A stretch of DNA of 52,104 nucleotides, taken from an uncultured Clostridia bacterium (GTDB lineage Bacteria > Bacillota > Clostridia > Christensenellales > Aristaeellaceae). Below, piece by piece: positions 18,316-27,343 of this stretch. Below the pieces are notes generated by a model that saw nothing but the letters and a program-made list of their open reading frames with translations, had not been told where the DNA came from and made no database searches. The stretch spans positions 1 to 52,104 of the forward strand of contig CANQGC010000001.1 of assembly GCA_947600345.1 (NCBI GenBank), written 5' to 3'. Made by a program: the position numbers and the translations under genes. Every line of letters begins with the position of its first letter. Position 1 is the first letter of the stretch.

Positions 18316-19011
18316 ATGTCAATGTACCCTCTGATTTTGATTGCGGACGACGATTCCGTCGTACATGAGTCGCTCGGGCTCTACCTCAGCAGCGAGGGGT
18401 ACGAGTTCCAGAGCGCCTATGACGGCCAGCAGGCGCTGGATATGTTCGAAAACCTTCATCCCGACCTGATGGTGCTCGACCTGATGATGCCGAAGGTTTC
18501 CGGCCTGGACGTGTGCCGCCAGATTCGCCAGAACAGCTCCATGCCGATCATCATGCTCACCGCCAAGGGGGAGGAGATCGACCGCATACTGGGCCTGGAG
18601 CTCGGCGCGGACGATTACATCGTCAAGCCCTTCAGCCCCCGCGAGGTGCTGGCGCGCATCAAGGCGGTGCTGCGCCGCTTCAGCGAGAAGACCGGCGACG
18701 AGGATTCCTCCATCATCCGGCTCCCCCAGCTGGAGATCAGCCTGGAGAACTACCAGGTCAAGGCCGCGGGCAAGGTGATTCCCTGCACGCCCAAGGAGGT
18801 CGAGATCCTGCATATGCTGTGCTCGAACGTCGGCCAGGTGTTCTCCCGCGAGCAGATCCTCTCCCGCGTATGGGGCTACGACTACTTCGGCGACACCCGC
18901 ACCGTGGACGCGCACATCAAGCGCATCCGCCAGAAGCTTCCCCAGGAGAACGTGCCATGGTCGCTCAAGACCGTGTACGGCGTAGGATACCGCTTTGAGG
19001 TCAATGCATAA
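18316..19011 (+). CDS. OmpR/PhoB-family response regulator
   Basis: Receiver domain (DD..., MPIIMLTAK, KPF) plus winged-helix output domain (VWGYDYFGDTRTVDAHIKRIRQKL). Confidence 0.9.
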   Translation: MSMYPLILIADDDSVVHESLGLYLSSEGYEFQSAYDGQQALDMFENLHPDLMVLDLMMPKVSGLDVCRQIRQNSSMPIIMLTAKGEEIDRILGLELGADDYIVKPFSPREVLARIKAVLRRFSEKTGDEDSSIIRLPQLEISLENYQVKAAGKVIPCTPKEVEILHMLCSNVGQVFSREQILSRVWGYDYFGDTRTVDAHIKRIRQKLPQENVPWSLKTVYGVGYRFEVNA

Positions 19012-20489
19012 TGATCCGTATCAGTCGCCCTGCGAAGGAGCCGCCGGCCGGCACAGCGCCGTCTGACGGAACGTCTCCCTCCAAGGGAGAGAAGCACAGC
19101 GTGCTGATCCAGCGCGCTGTGATCTTTGCGGCGGCACTCTATCTCGTCTCGGTGCTCGTGGGTTCCCCCGCGTTTCACCTGGCGGATCGCTTGGGGGTCG
19201 GCCGCTTCGCCTCACTCATCGGTTTGATGGCGGGGTTTATTGCCGCATGCCTCTGCCTGCATCCCTTCGTCAAGATCTTCCTGCAAAAGAGCGTCGATCA
19301 GATCGCCCACCTCCGGGACGTGGCCGTGAAGGTCGGCGAGGGCGAGTTCGACACCCACGCCGATGAATTCGCACCCGGCGAGCTGGGCGAGCTCGGAAGC
19401 GCCCTCAACAATCTGTCCAACCAGCTCTCCCGGCACATGTACATGCTCATCGTGGAGCGCAACCGCCTGAAGCACATGATCAACGGCCTCACCGAGGGCA
19501 TCATCGCTGTGGACGCCTATGGACAGGTGACCCACGTCAACCCCGCCATAGAGACCATGTTTGAGCAGAAGAAGATCTCGCTGGGCCTCCCCGACGCGCG
19601 CATGAAGTACGTGCCGGAGAAGCAGGTATGGGAGGACTTCGACGCGGTGATCAAGAGCGGCGCGCCCATCACCCGCAACTTCACCGTGCGCGACATGATC
19701 ATCCGCATGTCGATCACCCCCACCGTGGACGAGATCGGCACCATCGCCGGAGCGGTGGGCCTGTTCAGCGACATCACCCAGTCCGAACGCCTGGAGCGCA
19801 CGCGTAGGGAGTACGTGTCCAACGTCTCCCACGAGCTGCGCACGCCGCTGACCGCCGTCCGCGCGCTGGTAGAGCCGCTCAAGGAGGGCATGGTCACCAC
19901 CGAGGAGGACCGGCAGCGCTACTACGACATCATCCTGCGGGAGGTCATGCGCCTGTCGCGGCTGATCAACGACCAGCTGGAGCTCTCCCGCCTGCAGAGC
20001 GGCAACGTGGCCATCACCAAGCAGAGGATGACGCTGAGCGACCTGATATTCGACGTCTGCGACCGCTACCACTCCATCGCGCAGGAGCACGGCCTGGAGC
20101 TGCACATCGACAGCGACCTGGAAGGCTGCCCCAAGGTCTTCGCCAATCCAGACCGCGTGGAGCAGATGCTCATCATACTGCTGGACAACGCCATCAAGTA
20201 CACCGAGCAGGGCAGCGTGAGCGTCGGCGTGAAGTGGGACGACGAGATGGTCTACATCACCGTGCACGACACCGGCATCGGCATATCCGCCGAGGACCTC
20301 CCCTACGTGTTCGACCGCTTCTACAAGGTGGACAAGGCGCACAGCGGGAAGGGGTCCGGCCTGGGCCTCTCCATCGCCAAGGAGCTCCTCAACCGCATGA
20401 ACGAGACCATCTGGGTGGACAGCATCCAGGGAGAGGGCAGTGCCTTCACATTCACCGTGCACCGGGAGCCCCGGGAGGGAGAGGAATAG
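19011..20489 (+). CDS. sensor histidine kinase (2 TM, HAMP, PAS, HisKA, HATPase_c)
   Basis: H-box SHELRTPLT, N-box LLDNAIKYT, G-boxes DTGIGI and GSGLGLSI. TAATG overlap with the regulator gene. Confidence 0.9.
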   Translation: MIRISRPAKEPPAGTAPSDGTSPSKGEKHSVLIQRAVIFAAALYLVSVLVGSPAFHLADRLGVGRFASLIGLMAGFIAACLCLHPFVKIFLQKSVDQIAHLRDVAVKVGEGEFDTHADEFAPGELGELGSALNNLSNQLSRHMYMLIVERNRLKHMINGLTEGIIAVDAYGQVTHVNPAIETMFEQKKISLGLPDARMKYVPEKQVWEDFDAVIKSGAPITRNFTVRDMIIRMSITPTVDEIGTIAGAVGLFSDITQSERLERTRREYVSNVSHELRTPLTAVRALVEPLKEGMVTTEEDRQRYYDIILREVMRLSRLINDQLELSRLQSGNVAITKQRMTLSDLIFDVCDRYHSIAQEHGLELHIDSDLEGCPKVFANPDRVEQMLIILLDNAIKYTEQGSVSVGVKWDDEMVYITVHDTGIGISAEDLPYVFDRFYKVDKAHSGKGSGLGLSIAKELLNRMNETIWVDSIQGEGSAFTFTVHREPREGEE

Positions 20490-20496
20490 CGCAACG

Positions 20497-20520
20497 AGAG
20501 CGGCGATGCCGCTCTTTCTG
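20497..20520 (+). terminator. rho-independent terminator after the kinase gene
   Basis: AGAGCGGC-GAT-GCCGCTCT followed by TTCTGTT. Confidence 0.6.
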
Positions 20521-20521
20521 T

Positions 20522-20687
20522 TAAGGCAACACCGCACAGAACGGCGGCGCGTCAGGCGATGCCTTTTCCGCCATCTGCTGCTTGCAAATTTCTCGACTTA
20601 CCTCCAGTAAGCCTTCGAAATTTGCAATTGCATCTGACGAAAAATTCATTCACCTGCCGACCACCTTATCTGTGCGGTGTTGCCTTA
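20522..20687. repeat. 166-bp fold-back element bounded by a perfect 19-bp inverted repeat
   Basis: TAAGGCAACACCGCACAGA (20522-20540) pairs with TCTGTGCGGTGTTGCCTTA (20669-20687). Nested inside are an 11-bp stem (20582-20592/20617-20627), a 5-bp stem (20597-20601/20607-20611) and a bulged 9-bp stem (20550-20561/20631-20639). Confidence 0.7.
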
Positions 20688-20720
20688 TGTGACAAGACCA
20701 TCCGAAGAGGAGGAATTGCG

Positions 20721-21251
20721 ATGAGGAACTATCTGATCGTCGTGGACATGCAAAGGGACTTCGTGGACGGCTCGCTGGGCACGCCGGAGGCCCAGGCCAT
20801 CGTGGAGAACGTCGCGAGGAAGATCGAAGCCCACGAGGGCCCGATCTTCGTCACGCTGGACACGCATCCCGCGGACTATCTGCACACCGCCGAGGGCAGG
20901 AAGCTGCCCGTGGAGCACTGCATCCGAAACACGCCCGGCTGGAAGCTGGACGCGCGGATCGCGGAGGCGCTCTCCCACAAGCCGCACACGTTGGTGGAAA
21001 AGCCCACCTTCGGCTCGGTGGAGCTGCCGAAGCGGATCGCCGACGACGCCGATGGCGAGGAATTCTCCATCGAGCTGATCGGCCTGTGCACGGACATCTG
21101 CGTGATCTCCAACGCGCTCCTGCTGAAGGCGAGCTTCCCGGAGGCTCCGATCTCCGTGGACGCGAGCTGCTGCGCGGGCGTCACGCCTGAGGCGCACGGC
21201 GCGGCGCTCACAGTGATGCGCAGCTGCCAGATCGACGTGACGAACGGCTAA
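20721..21251 (+). CDS. isochorismatase-family cysteine hydrolase (nicotinamidase-like)
   Basis: GAGGAGG RBS then MRNYLIVVDMQRDF. Catalytic Cys context GLCTDICV. The upstream part of the 230-aa track ORF is noncoding fold-back sequence. Confidence 0.8.
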   Translation: MRNYLIVVDMQRDFVDGSLGTPEAQAIVENVARKIEAHEGPIFVTLDTHPADYLHTAEGRKLPVEHCIRNTPGWKLDARIAEALSHKPHTLVEKPTFGSVELPKRIADDADGEEFSIELIGLCTDICVISNALLLKASFPEAPISVDASCCAGVTPEAHGAALTVMRSCQIDVTNG

Positions 21252-21263
21252 AGCAGGGCGCGT

Positions 21264-21947
21264 CTATTCAAAGAAGCGCCGCAGCGGCAGGCCGTCCTCG
21301 AATTGCCAGCCACCCTCGAGCAGGCGCGAAAAGAAGCCGATGATGCTTCCGTTGAGCAGCGCGCAGAGTATCGTCCCCAGCTTCACGCCCTCAAAGTGGC
21401 CGAAGCCGAAAAAGATGAAGGAGAGCACTACGCCCAGCAGGCAGCTCGCGCAGTCGTAGCCGGTCTTGTACTTGGAAATCTCGATGCCGTGCCACGCGGA
21501 CATCTCCTTCACCCAGAGCTCGTACGCCTCCGGCGATACGTAGCTGTGGAACAGCATCGATACGCCCAGGGAGCAGAGCAGCATCCCCAGCGCATAGAAG
21601 GCGACGCGCGCGGCGATGCCCGCACCGGGAAGCAGCGCGACCAGCGCCATCGCTCCGTCCAGCATAAAGCCATAGACCACCGCCGTGACGAAGGAAAACA
21701 GATAGGCGATCCGGAACCGCCGCAGTATGGCGGCCATCGCCACCAGCAGCAAGCCCTGGAACAGATACTCCGCCATGCCGAAGCTGAAGAAGGGCAGGCT
21801 CTGGGAAAGCTTCAGATACAACAGGTACGCCGGAGCCACGACCATCGACACGCCGAAGCCGGCGCGCTCCATCATCGCCGTTCCCAGCGCGAGCACGGCC
21901 AAGCCGAGTATGTAGGCAATCTCCGTATAGAATACGCGCCGCTTCAT
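21264..21947 (-). CDS. integral membrane protein (YczE/DUF6198-like)
   Basis: GGAGGAA RBS then MKRRVFYTEIAYILGLAVLALG. About 6 TM helices. The family name is from memory and has low certainty. Confidence 0.65.
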   Translation of the reverse strand: MKRRVFYTEIAYILGLAVLALGTAMMERAGFGVSMVVAPAYLLYLKLSQSLPFFSFGMAEYLFQGLLLVAMAAILRRFRIAYLFSFVTAVVYGFMLDGAMALVALLPGAGIAARVAFYALGMLLCSLGVSMLFHSYVSPEAYELWVKEMSAWHGIEISKYKTGYDCASCLLGVVLSFIFFGFGHFEGVKLGTILCALLNGSIIGFFSRLLEGGWQFEDGLPLRRFFE

Positions 21948-21980
21948 TTCAAAATTCCTCCGAAAAATTCCTTTATCCTG

Positions 21981-22025
21981 AAAAGAGCTCTCCGCGTTTG
22001 ATATAGAAACGCGAAAAGCTCTTTT
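21981..22025 (-). terminator. terminator-like compound hairpin after mnmE
   Basis: AAAAGAGCT..CGCGTTT-N7-AAACGCG..AGCTCTTTT, with T-runs on both strands. Confidence 0.55.
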
Positions 22026-22047
22026 CTTTGTTGGCTCTTTCTTCCTT

Positions 22048-23376
22048 CTATTTGCCGACGCAGAAGCTCTGGAAGACCCGGTCGATGACCTCCTCGGAGG
22101 CGTCCTCCCCGGTGATCTCCGAGAGGAATCCAAGCGCCCGGCGCAGGTCGATCTCCGCGAGATCCAGCGGCATGCCGGCGCGGATGCTCTCCTCCGCCGC
22201 CTCGATCGCCTCCAGGGAGAGCCCCGCCAGCCGCAGGTGCCTTTCCCCGGTCATGCGCTCCTCGGCGCCTCCCGCCACCGCCACGCGGCGCGTCAGCTCC
22301 TCGATCAGCTTCTCCACGCCCATGCCCGTCGCGGCGCTCAGCTCCAGCGCGCCGGGATGGCCGCTCCGCCTCGGCAGGTCGCACTTGTTCAGGCAGACGA
22401 TGCTCCGCCCGTCCGCGGCCCCCAGCAGCGCCTCGTCCTCGGCGGTGAGCGGCTCGGAGGCGTCCAGCACGATCACCACCACGTCCGCGCCCTCCACGGC
22501 CCGCTCCGCGCGCTCCACGCCGATGCGCTCCACCGGGTCGCCCGTCTCGCGCTGTCCGGCGGTGTCCGAGAGCTCGGCGCAGATGCCGCCCAGCTGAATG
22601 CGCTCGGTGAGCACATCGCGGGTGGTGCCGGGGACTTCGGTCACGATGGCGCGCTCCTGCCGAAGCAGCGCGTTCATCAGCGAGGACTTCCCCACGTTCG
22701 GCCTGCCCGCCAGCACGATGCTCGCGCCCTCGCGAATCAGTCTTGCGCTCCTGGGATCGCAGCGATCTTCGATCTCGGCATGGATTTGGGCCAGCTCCTC
22801 CAGCGTCAGGCGCGCGGCCTCCGGCTCGTCCACCTCCTCGGGAAAGTCGGTGCAGGCCTCGATCCGCGCCATACAGCCCTTGAGTTGATCGGAAACCTTG
22901 CGCACGAAGCCGGACACGCCGCCCTCGAGCTGGCGCAGCGAAGCCCGCGCCGCGGCCTCGGAGTTCGCGCCGACCAGCGCCATGACCGCCTCCGCCCGAC
23001 TCAGGTCGATCCTTCCGTTCAGGAAGGCTCGCTTGGTAAACTCCCCGGGCTCCGCGATCCGCGCGCCCAGCGCGATGGTCCGATCCAGGACCCTGCGGGC
23101 GCAGACGCTCCCGCCGTGGCACTGGATCTCGAACATGTCTTCCCGGGTGTAGGTTCCGGGGCCCGGCAGCCACACCGCCAGCACCTCGTCGAGCTCCTCC
23201 CCTTTCGCTCCCACGGCCCGGCCATAGGTCATCCGGCGCGGAACGAGCGCTCCCTTCCCCTCCGGCCGGAAGCAGCCGCCGAGGATGCGCGCCGCCTCCG
23301 CGCCGCTGCCGCGGACGATGGCGATGCCTCCCTCGCCGGGCGCGGTGGCCACGGCGCAGATGGTGTCCCGTTCCAT
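22048..23376 (-). CDS. mnmE: tRNA modification GTPase MnmE
   Basis: Starts MERDTICAVAT at 23376 (TGATG overlap with the dnaN stop). G-domain GRPNVGKSSL, DTAG. C-terminal FCVGK (the C-I-G-K motif). Confidence 0.9.
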   Translation of the reverse strand: MERDTICAVATAPGEGGIAIVRGSGAEAARILGGCFRPEGKGALVPRRMTYGRAVGAKGEELDEVLAVWLPGPGTYTREDMFEIQCHGGSVCARRVLDRTIALGARIAEPGEFTKRAFLNGRIDLSRAEAVMALVGANSEAAARASLRQLEGGVSGFVRKVSDQLKGCMARIEACTDFPEEVDEPEAARLTLEELAQIHAEIEDRCDPRSARLIREGASIVLAGRPNVGKSSLMNALLRQERAIVTEVPGTTRDVLTERIQLGGICAELSDTAGQRETGDPVERIGVERAERAVEGADVVVIVLDASEPLTAEDEALLGAADGRSIVCLNKCDLPRRSGHPGALELSAATGMGVEKLIEELTRRVAVAGGAEERMTGERHLRLAGLSLEAIEAAEESIRAGMPLDLAEIDLRRALGFLSEITGEDASEEVIDRVFQSFCVGK

Positions 23377-24485
23377 CAGCGGGCGCCGGTGCGCACCGGC
23401 AGGATCAGGTGCACGTAGTCCTCGTCGCCCACGGGCGTCACCACGCAGGGGGATACCGCGCTGTTCAGGTTCATCTCGATGCTCTCGGCGTCGATGAAGC
23501 GCACCACGTCGGTCAGGTACTTGACGTTGAAGGCGATGTTCAGATCGGCGCCCTCCTGCTGAATCTCCAGCTCCTCGTGCACATCGCCAATCTGGGAGTG
23601 GGCCTCCACCACCATCGTGCCGCCGGAAATCTTCAGCATGATCAGATTGTTGCTGCCCTCGCGGGCGATCAGCGCGGCGCGGTCGATGCAGCGGCGGAAG
23701 GGCTCGAGCTCCATCTCCACCCGCGTGGCGAAGCTCTTCGGCAGAATCTGGCGGTACTGGATGTACTCGCCCTCCACCAGGATCACGAATATCTCGGTGT
23801 TGTCCAGGCGAATGTGCAGCTTGTTGCCGCCGAAGGAGAGCTGGGCGAAGGCGTCCTCGTCGCCGGAGAGCAGCTTGCCGATGTCGCCCACGGCCCGGCC
23901 CGGTATGATGGCCGAAACCTGCTCCAGCACGTCCGAGCACTTGGCCCGGCGCAGCGCGAGCCGGTAGCCGTCCAGCGCCACCATGTTCACGTCCCCTCCG
24001 CCGATCTCCAGCAGGCAGCCGGTCAGCACCTCGCGCATGTCATCCTGGGCGATGGCAAACTCGGTCTTTTGGATCATGTCGCGCAGCATGTCCTGGGGCA
24101 GGGCGATCTCCCGCTCGTCCTCCATGCGGGGAAGCATCGGGAAGAGGTCGGCGTCCTGGCCGGAGATGTTCATGCGCGTGGATGCGCTGCGGATGGTGAA
24201 TATGTAGCGCTCGTCCATGCGGATGTCCACGTCGCTGTCCGGAAGCCGGCGCACGATCTCGCTGAACAGTTTGCCCGGAACCACGCCGCGGCCGGAGTCG
24301 CGAATCTCCGCCGGGATACGGGTGACGATGGTGATGCGCTCGTCGGAGCAGGTGAGCACCAGCTGATCGACGCCGGTCTCGATCAGCACGCCCTCCAGAA
24401 TCTGGTTGGTGGTGCGGCTCGCCAGCGCCTTCGTCGCGATTTGCAGCGCTTCGATCAGCTTCGCGGTGGAACAGATGAATTGCAT
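23376..24485 (-). CDS. dnaN: DNA polymerase III beta sliding clamp
   Basis: MQFICSTAKLIEALQ... is a typical DnaN N-terminus. AAGGAGG lies 9 nt before ATG 24485; there is an alternative ATG at 24491. Confidence 0.9.
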   Translation of the reverse strand: MQFICSTAKLIEALQIATKALASRTTNQILEGVLIETGVDQLVLTCSDERITIVTRIPAEIRDSGRGVVPGKLFSEIVRRLPDSDVDIRMDERYIFTIRSASTRMNISGQDADLFPMLPRMEDEREIALPQDMLRDMIQKTEFAIAQDDMREVLTGCLLEIGGGDVNMVALDGYRLALRRAKCSDVLEQVSAIIPGRAVGDIGKLLSGDEDAFAQLSFGGNKLHIRLDNTEIFVILVEGEYIQYRQILPKSFATRVEMELEPFRRCIDRAALIAREGSNNLIMLKISGGTMVVEAHSQIGDVHEELEIQQEGADLNIAFNVKYLTDVVRFIDAESIEMNLNSAVSPCVVTPVGDEDYVHLILPVRTGAR

Positions 24486-24555
24486 GTGCATGCGCCTCCT
24501 TGTGTCTGTTGCGGTTGAAATCTATATGTAGTCGTCATAGTAGAGCGGTGTATAC

Positions 24556-24656
24556 TGTGGATAACGCGGAAAAAGCCTTAAATAAGTCGCTTTTTCGACG
24601 CTTTTTTGTCAACAAGCGCCGTGGATAAGCGGTGCATAAGCGCGAGGTTTTCCACA
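24556..24656. other. DnaA-box cluster in the dnaA-dnaN intergenic region (oriC part)
   Basis: TGTGGATAA (24556-24564, a perfect TTATCCACA complement), CGTGGATAA (24620-24628) and TTTTCCACA (24648-24656). Confidence 0.7.
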
Positions 24657-24688
24657 ATCATCCCTTCTCCGGTCGTCCCCATCCGGAA

Positions 24689-26002
24689 TCATCCGTTGCG
24701 GATCTTCTCCTGAAGCTCCTCGATTCGCCGCTTGAGGGTGGGGTCGCGCTCCATGTCCGCCGCCACGCGCTCGCACCCGTGCATCACGGTGGTGTGGTCC
24801 CTGCCCCCCAGGGCCTGGCCGATGGTGGTGGTCGAGAGCTGGGTGAGGCTCCGGCACAGGTACATGGCAATCTGCCTGGGCGTGGCGATGTCCCGGTTGC
24901 GCTTCTTGGAGAGCAGGTCCTCCACGCTCACGCCGAAGTAGTCCGAGATCGCGGCGAGGATGCGCTCCGGGGTGATCTGCTTCTCCTCCTGGGCCTTGAA
25001 CACCTGGGAGAGCAGCTGCCGCGCCAGCTCCAGGCTGATGGGCACGCCCTGCAGCTCGCTCTGGGCCTTCAGGCGGTTGAGTATGCCCTCCAGCTCGCGG
25101 ATGTTGGATTCCACGCAGTAGGCGATGTGGTCGATCACCTCGTAGGGGACGTCGATGCCCTCCTCCGCGGCCTTCTTGTTGAGTATGGCCACGCGAGTCT
25201 CGTACTCGGGCTTGCCGATGTCCACGATCAGCCCCCACTCGAAGCGGGAGCGCAGGCGCTCCTCGATGGTGGGGATGTCCTTGGGCGGGCGGTCCGAGCT
25301 GATGATGATCTGCTTTCCGCTGTTGTACAGGTCGTTGAAGGTGTGGAAGAACTCCTCCTGCGTCTGCTTGGTTCGCGCGAGAAATTGGATGTCGTCCACC
25401 ATCAGCACGTCCACGTTGCGCATGCGCTTGCGCAGGGCGGAGGTGTCCTTCTTGCGCACGATGGCGTCGATCAGCTCGTTGGTGAAGCTCTCCGAGGTGG
25501 TGAGGAACACGCGCTTGCTCGGATCCGCGCCGGTGATGAAGTTTCCGATGGCGTTCATCAGGTGGGTCTTGCCCAGGCCGACGCTTCCATAGATGAACAG
25601 CGGGTTGTAGGCCTCGCTGGGCTGCTCCGCCACGGCCAGGCAGGCGGCGTGGGCGAAGGAGTTGCTGGGGCCGACGATGAAGTTTTCGAAGGTGTAGCGC
25701 TTGTTGAGCGTGGTCTGGGAGATCTCGCTCTCGAGCTTCTCCACCTCCTCGGGCGTGCAGATCTTGAGCTCGTAGCTCTGGCCGAAGCAGCGCTCGATCA
25801 TGTTGTAGAGGTTCGTGTAGTAGCGCTGCTTGACGGTGTCCCGGTGCACGAAGCTCTCCGCGCAGAGCACGACCGCGTCCTCCGTCACGGCCTGCAGCCG
25901 AAGCGGGGCGATCCAGGTATCATAGACGTAGGGAATCATGTTCTCCTTCATGATGGAGGAGACCTTCTCCCACGCCTGCTTCTGTTCCGCTGTGTAGTTC
26001 AT
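24689..26002 (-). CDS. dnaA: chromosomal replication initiator DnaA
   Basis: AAA+ Walker A GSVGLGKTHL and box VII. C-terminal DNA-binding segment DHTTVMH. GGAGG RBS. Confidence 0.95.
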   Translation of the reverse strand: MNYTAEQKQAWEKVSSIMKENMIPYVYDTWIAPLRLQAVTEDAVVLCAESFVHRDTVKQRYYTNLYNMIERCFGQSYELKICTPEEVEKLESEISQTTLNKRYTFENFIVGPSNSFAHAACLAVAEQPSEAYNPLFIYGSVGLGKTHLMNAIGNFITGADPSKRVFLTTSESFTNELIDAIVRKKDTSALRKRMRNVDVLMVDDIQFLARTKQTQEEFFHTFNDLYNSGKQIIISSDRPPKDIPTIEERLRSRFEWGLIVDIGKPEYETRVAILNKKAAEEGIDVPYEVIDHIAYCVESNIRELEGILNRLKAQSELQGVPISLELARQLLSQVFKAQEEKQITPERILAAISDYFGVSVEDLLSKKRNRDIATPRQIAMYLCRSLTQLSTTTIGQALGGRDHTTVMHGCERVAADMERDPTLKRRIEELQEKIRNG

Positions 26003-26075
26003 GCAACCTCCGCGCGCCTCAACGCGCGTTCCCTCCGAAGGGAGAAGCGCGCGCTTCCTCCGATAATGTGTATCT

Positions 26076-26104
26076 ATTTTATCAGAAACGCTTTAAAAAT
26101 GCAA
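26076..26104 (-). promoter_or_regulatory. candidate dnaA promoter
   Basis: On the minus strand: TTGCAT (26099-26104), 17-nt spacer, TAAAAT (26076-26081). Confidence 0.5.
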
Positions 26105-26155
26105 TCCAAAGGGAGAGCGCGTTGCGAAGCTCCGCCGAAGGGGCGGAGGGCGGCC

Positions 26156-26216
26156 TGTGAATAAGCTGTGGACGGTTGGTGGATGGTCTGGGGATATCCT
26201 GTTGACATTATCCGTA
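26156..26216. other. degenerate DnaA boxes upstream of dnaA (oriC part)
   Basis: TGTGAATAA (26156-26164, 1 mismatch), TGTGGACGG (26167-26175) and TTATCCGTA (26208-26216). A relatively AT-rich stretch lies at 26066-26105. Confidence 0.5.
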
Positions 26217-26322
26217 TATAATCATCTTTGACGAACTGCGCAAAAGGAGCGATGAAATTTTTCTGTCGAATTTCGGTGCGATTTCCGCCCTGCCTTCGCC
26301 GTTCGGCGGGGCAGGGCAGCCC

Positions 26323-27189
26323 CTAGCGCAGCTCTTCCCTGACGCGCGCCAGGCCGAAGCGGAAGGTGATCGCACCCTCGGGGCAGGCGTTCATGCACTT
26401 GCCGCAGCGGATGCACTCCGCGGAGTTCAGCTTCGCGGGGAGCGATATCTCCATCGGACACGCGCTTGCGCACCTGCCGCAGGACACGCAGCCGCCCTCG
26501 TTGCACTCCAGCCGCGCCAGACTGATTCTGTTGAACAGCGAATAGAATGCCCCCAGGGGACATATATACCTGCAGAAAGGACGGTAGATGCAGATGGAGA
26601 AGGCGATCGTGAGCAGCAGAAGGCACATCTTCCACCAGAACATGAACCCCAAATTCGCGCGCAGGCTTGCGTTTGTCAGCACCAGCGGTATGCCGCCCTC
26701 CAGCGTGCCCGCGGGGCAGATCCACTTGCAGAACCAGGGCACGCCCAGGCCGAAGCCGTCCACGACGAACGTGGGGAGCGCCAGCACGAACAGCAGGAGG
26801 ACCCCGTACTTCAGCTTGCGCAGCGGGCGGTCGACGGCCTTCGGTACCTTCCGTTTGCGCCCGGGGATTTTGTGCAACAGCTCCTGAATCCAGCCGAAGG
26901 GACAGAGCAGGCCGCAGACCAGCCGCCCCAGCAGCACGCCGATGAGCAGCAGCGTGCCAGTGACATAGAAGGAGAAGTTATGCTGATTTCCCGTGAGAAC
27001 CGCCTGCAGCGCGCCGATGGGACAGGCTCCCGTGGCGGCGGGGCAGGAGTAGCAGTTGAGCCCCGGGACGCAGATTCGCTTGGCGGCGCCCGTGTAGATG
27101 CCTCCCCGCGCGAAGCCGCGCAGGTTGGCGTTGGTCAGAAGCGTCGCGAGCGCCTGAACCCAGCCGCGATGTCGAAACAGGCGCTTCAT
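26323..27189 (-). CDS. membrane polyferredoxin, NapH/MauN-like 4Fe-4S binding protein
   Basis: Starts MKRLFRHRGW at 27189. Three CxxCP-type motifs (CYSCP..CPIG, CKWICPAG, CRYICPLG) between TM helices, then two CxxCxxCxxxCP ferredoxin motifs. Confidence 0.85.
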   Translation of the reverse strand: MKRLFRHRGWVQALATLLTNANLRGFARGGIYTGAAKRICVPGLNCYSCPAATGACPIGALQAVLTGNQHNFSFYVTGTLLLIGVLLGRLVCGLLCPFGWIQELLHKIPGRKRKVPKAVDRPLRKLKYGVLLLFVLALPTFVVDGFGLGVPWFCKWICPAGTLEGGIPLVLTNASLRANLGFMFWWKMCLLLLTIAFSICIYRPFCRYICPLGAFYSLFNRISLARLECNEGGCVSCGRCASACPMEISLPAKLNSAECIRCGKCMNACPEGAITFRFGLARVREELR

Positions 27190-27341
27190 CCGGCCACTCC
27201 GATGCATTCCAGGCAGACGAACACGGCCTTGCGCAGTACCACGGCGGCCTCTCCCCGAGCCAGGCCCAGCGCGATGCAGCCGACGGCCGCGGCGATGGCG
27301 GCAAGCTGCATCCACCGCCTGGCGCACCAATGCTTGCGCAT
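27186..27341 (-). CDS. small (51 aa) membrane protein with C-terminal CxxC
   Basis: GGAGGG RBS 6 nt before ATG 27341. One TM helix, then CLEC. ATGA overlap with the polyferredoxin start. Resembles what I recall as the CD1871A-family CXXC proteins (unverified). Confidence 0.6.
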   Translation of the reverse strand: MRKHWCARRWMQLAAIAAAVGCIALGLARGEAAVVLRKAVFVCLECIGVAG

Positions 27342-27343
27342 GC

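Noticed and set aside
20522-20687. Known NAD-related riboswitch (nadA or pnuC motif) upstream of the nicotinamidase-like gene
   Set aside because: The fold is a long, nearly symmetric rod rather than a multi-stem junction with conserved unpaired nucleotides. I cannot match it to either motif from memory. It is kept as a finding, as an unexplained fold-back.
23377-23940. N-terminal 188-aa extension of the mnmE ORF (track ORF 22048-23940, 630 aa)
   Set aside because: The extension lies inside dnaN in another frame and is R/G/A/P-rich. The canonical MnmE N-terminus MERDTICAVAT starts at 23376.
26203-26222. TTGACA ... TATAAT on the plus strand upstream of dnaA as a promoter
   Set aside because: The spacer is only about 9 nt, and no plus-strand gene follows. 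More likely these are chance matches in the oriC-flanking region, overlapping a degenerate DnaA box.
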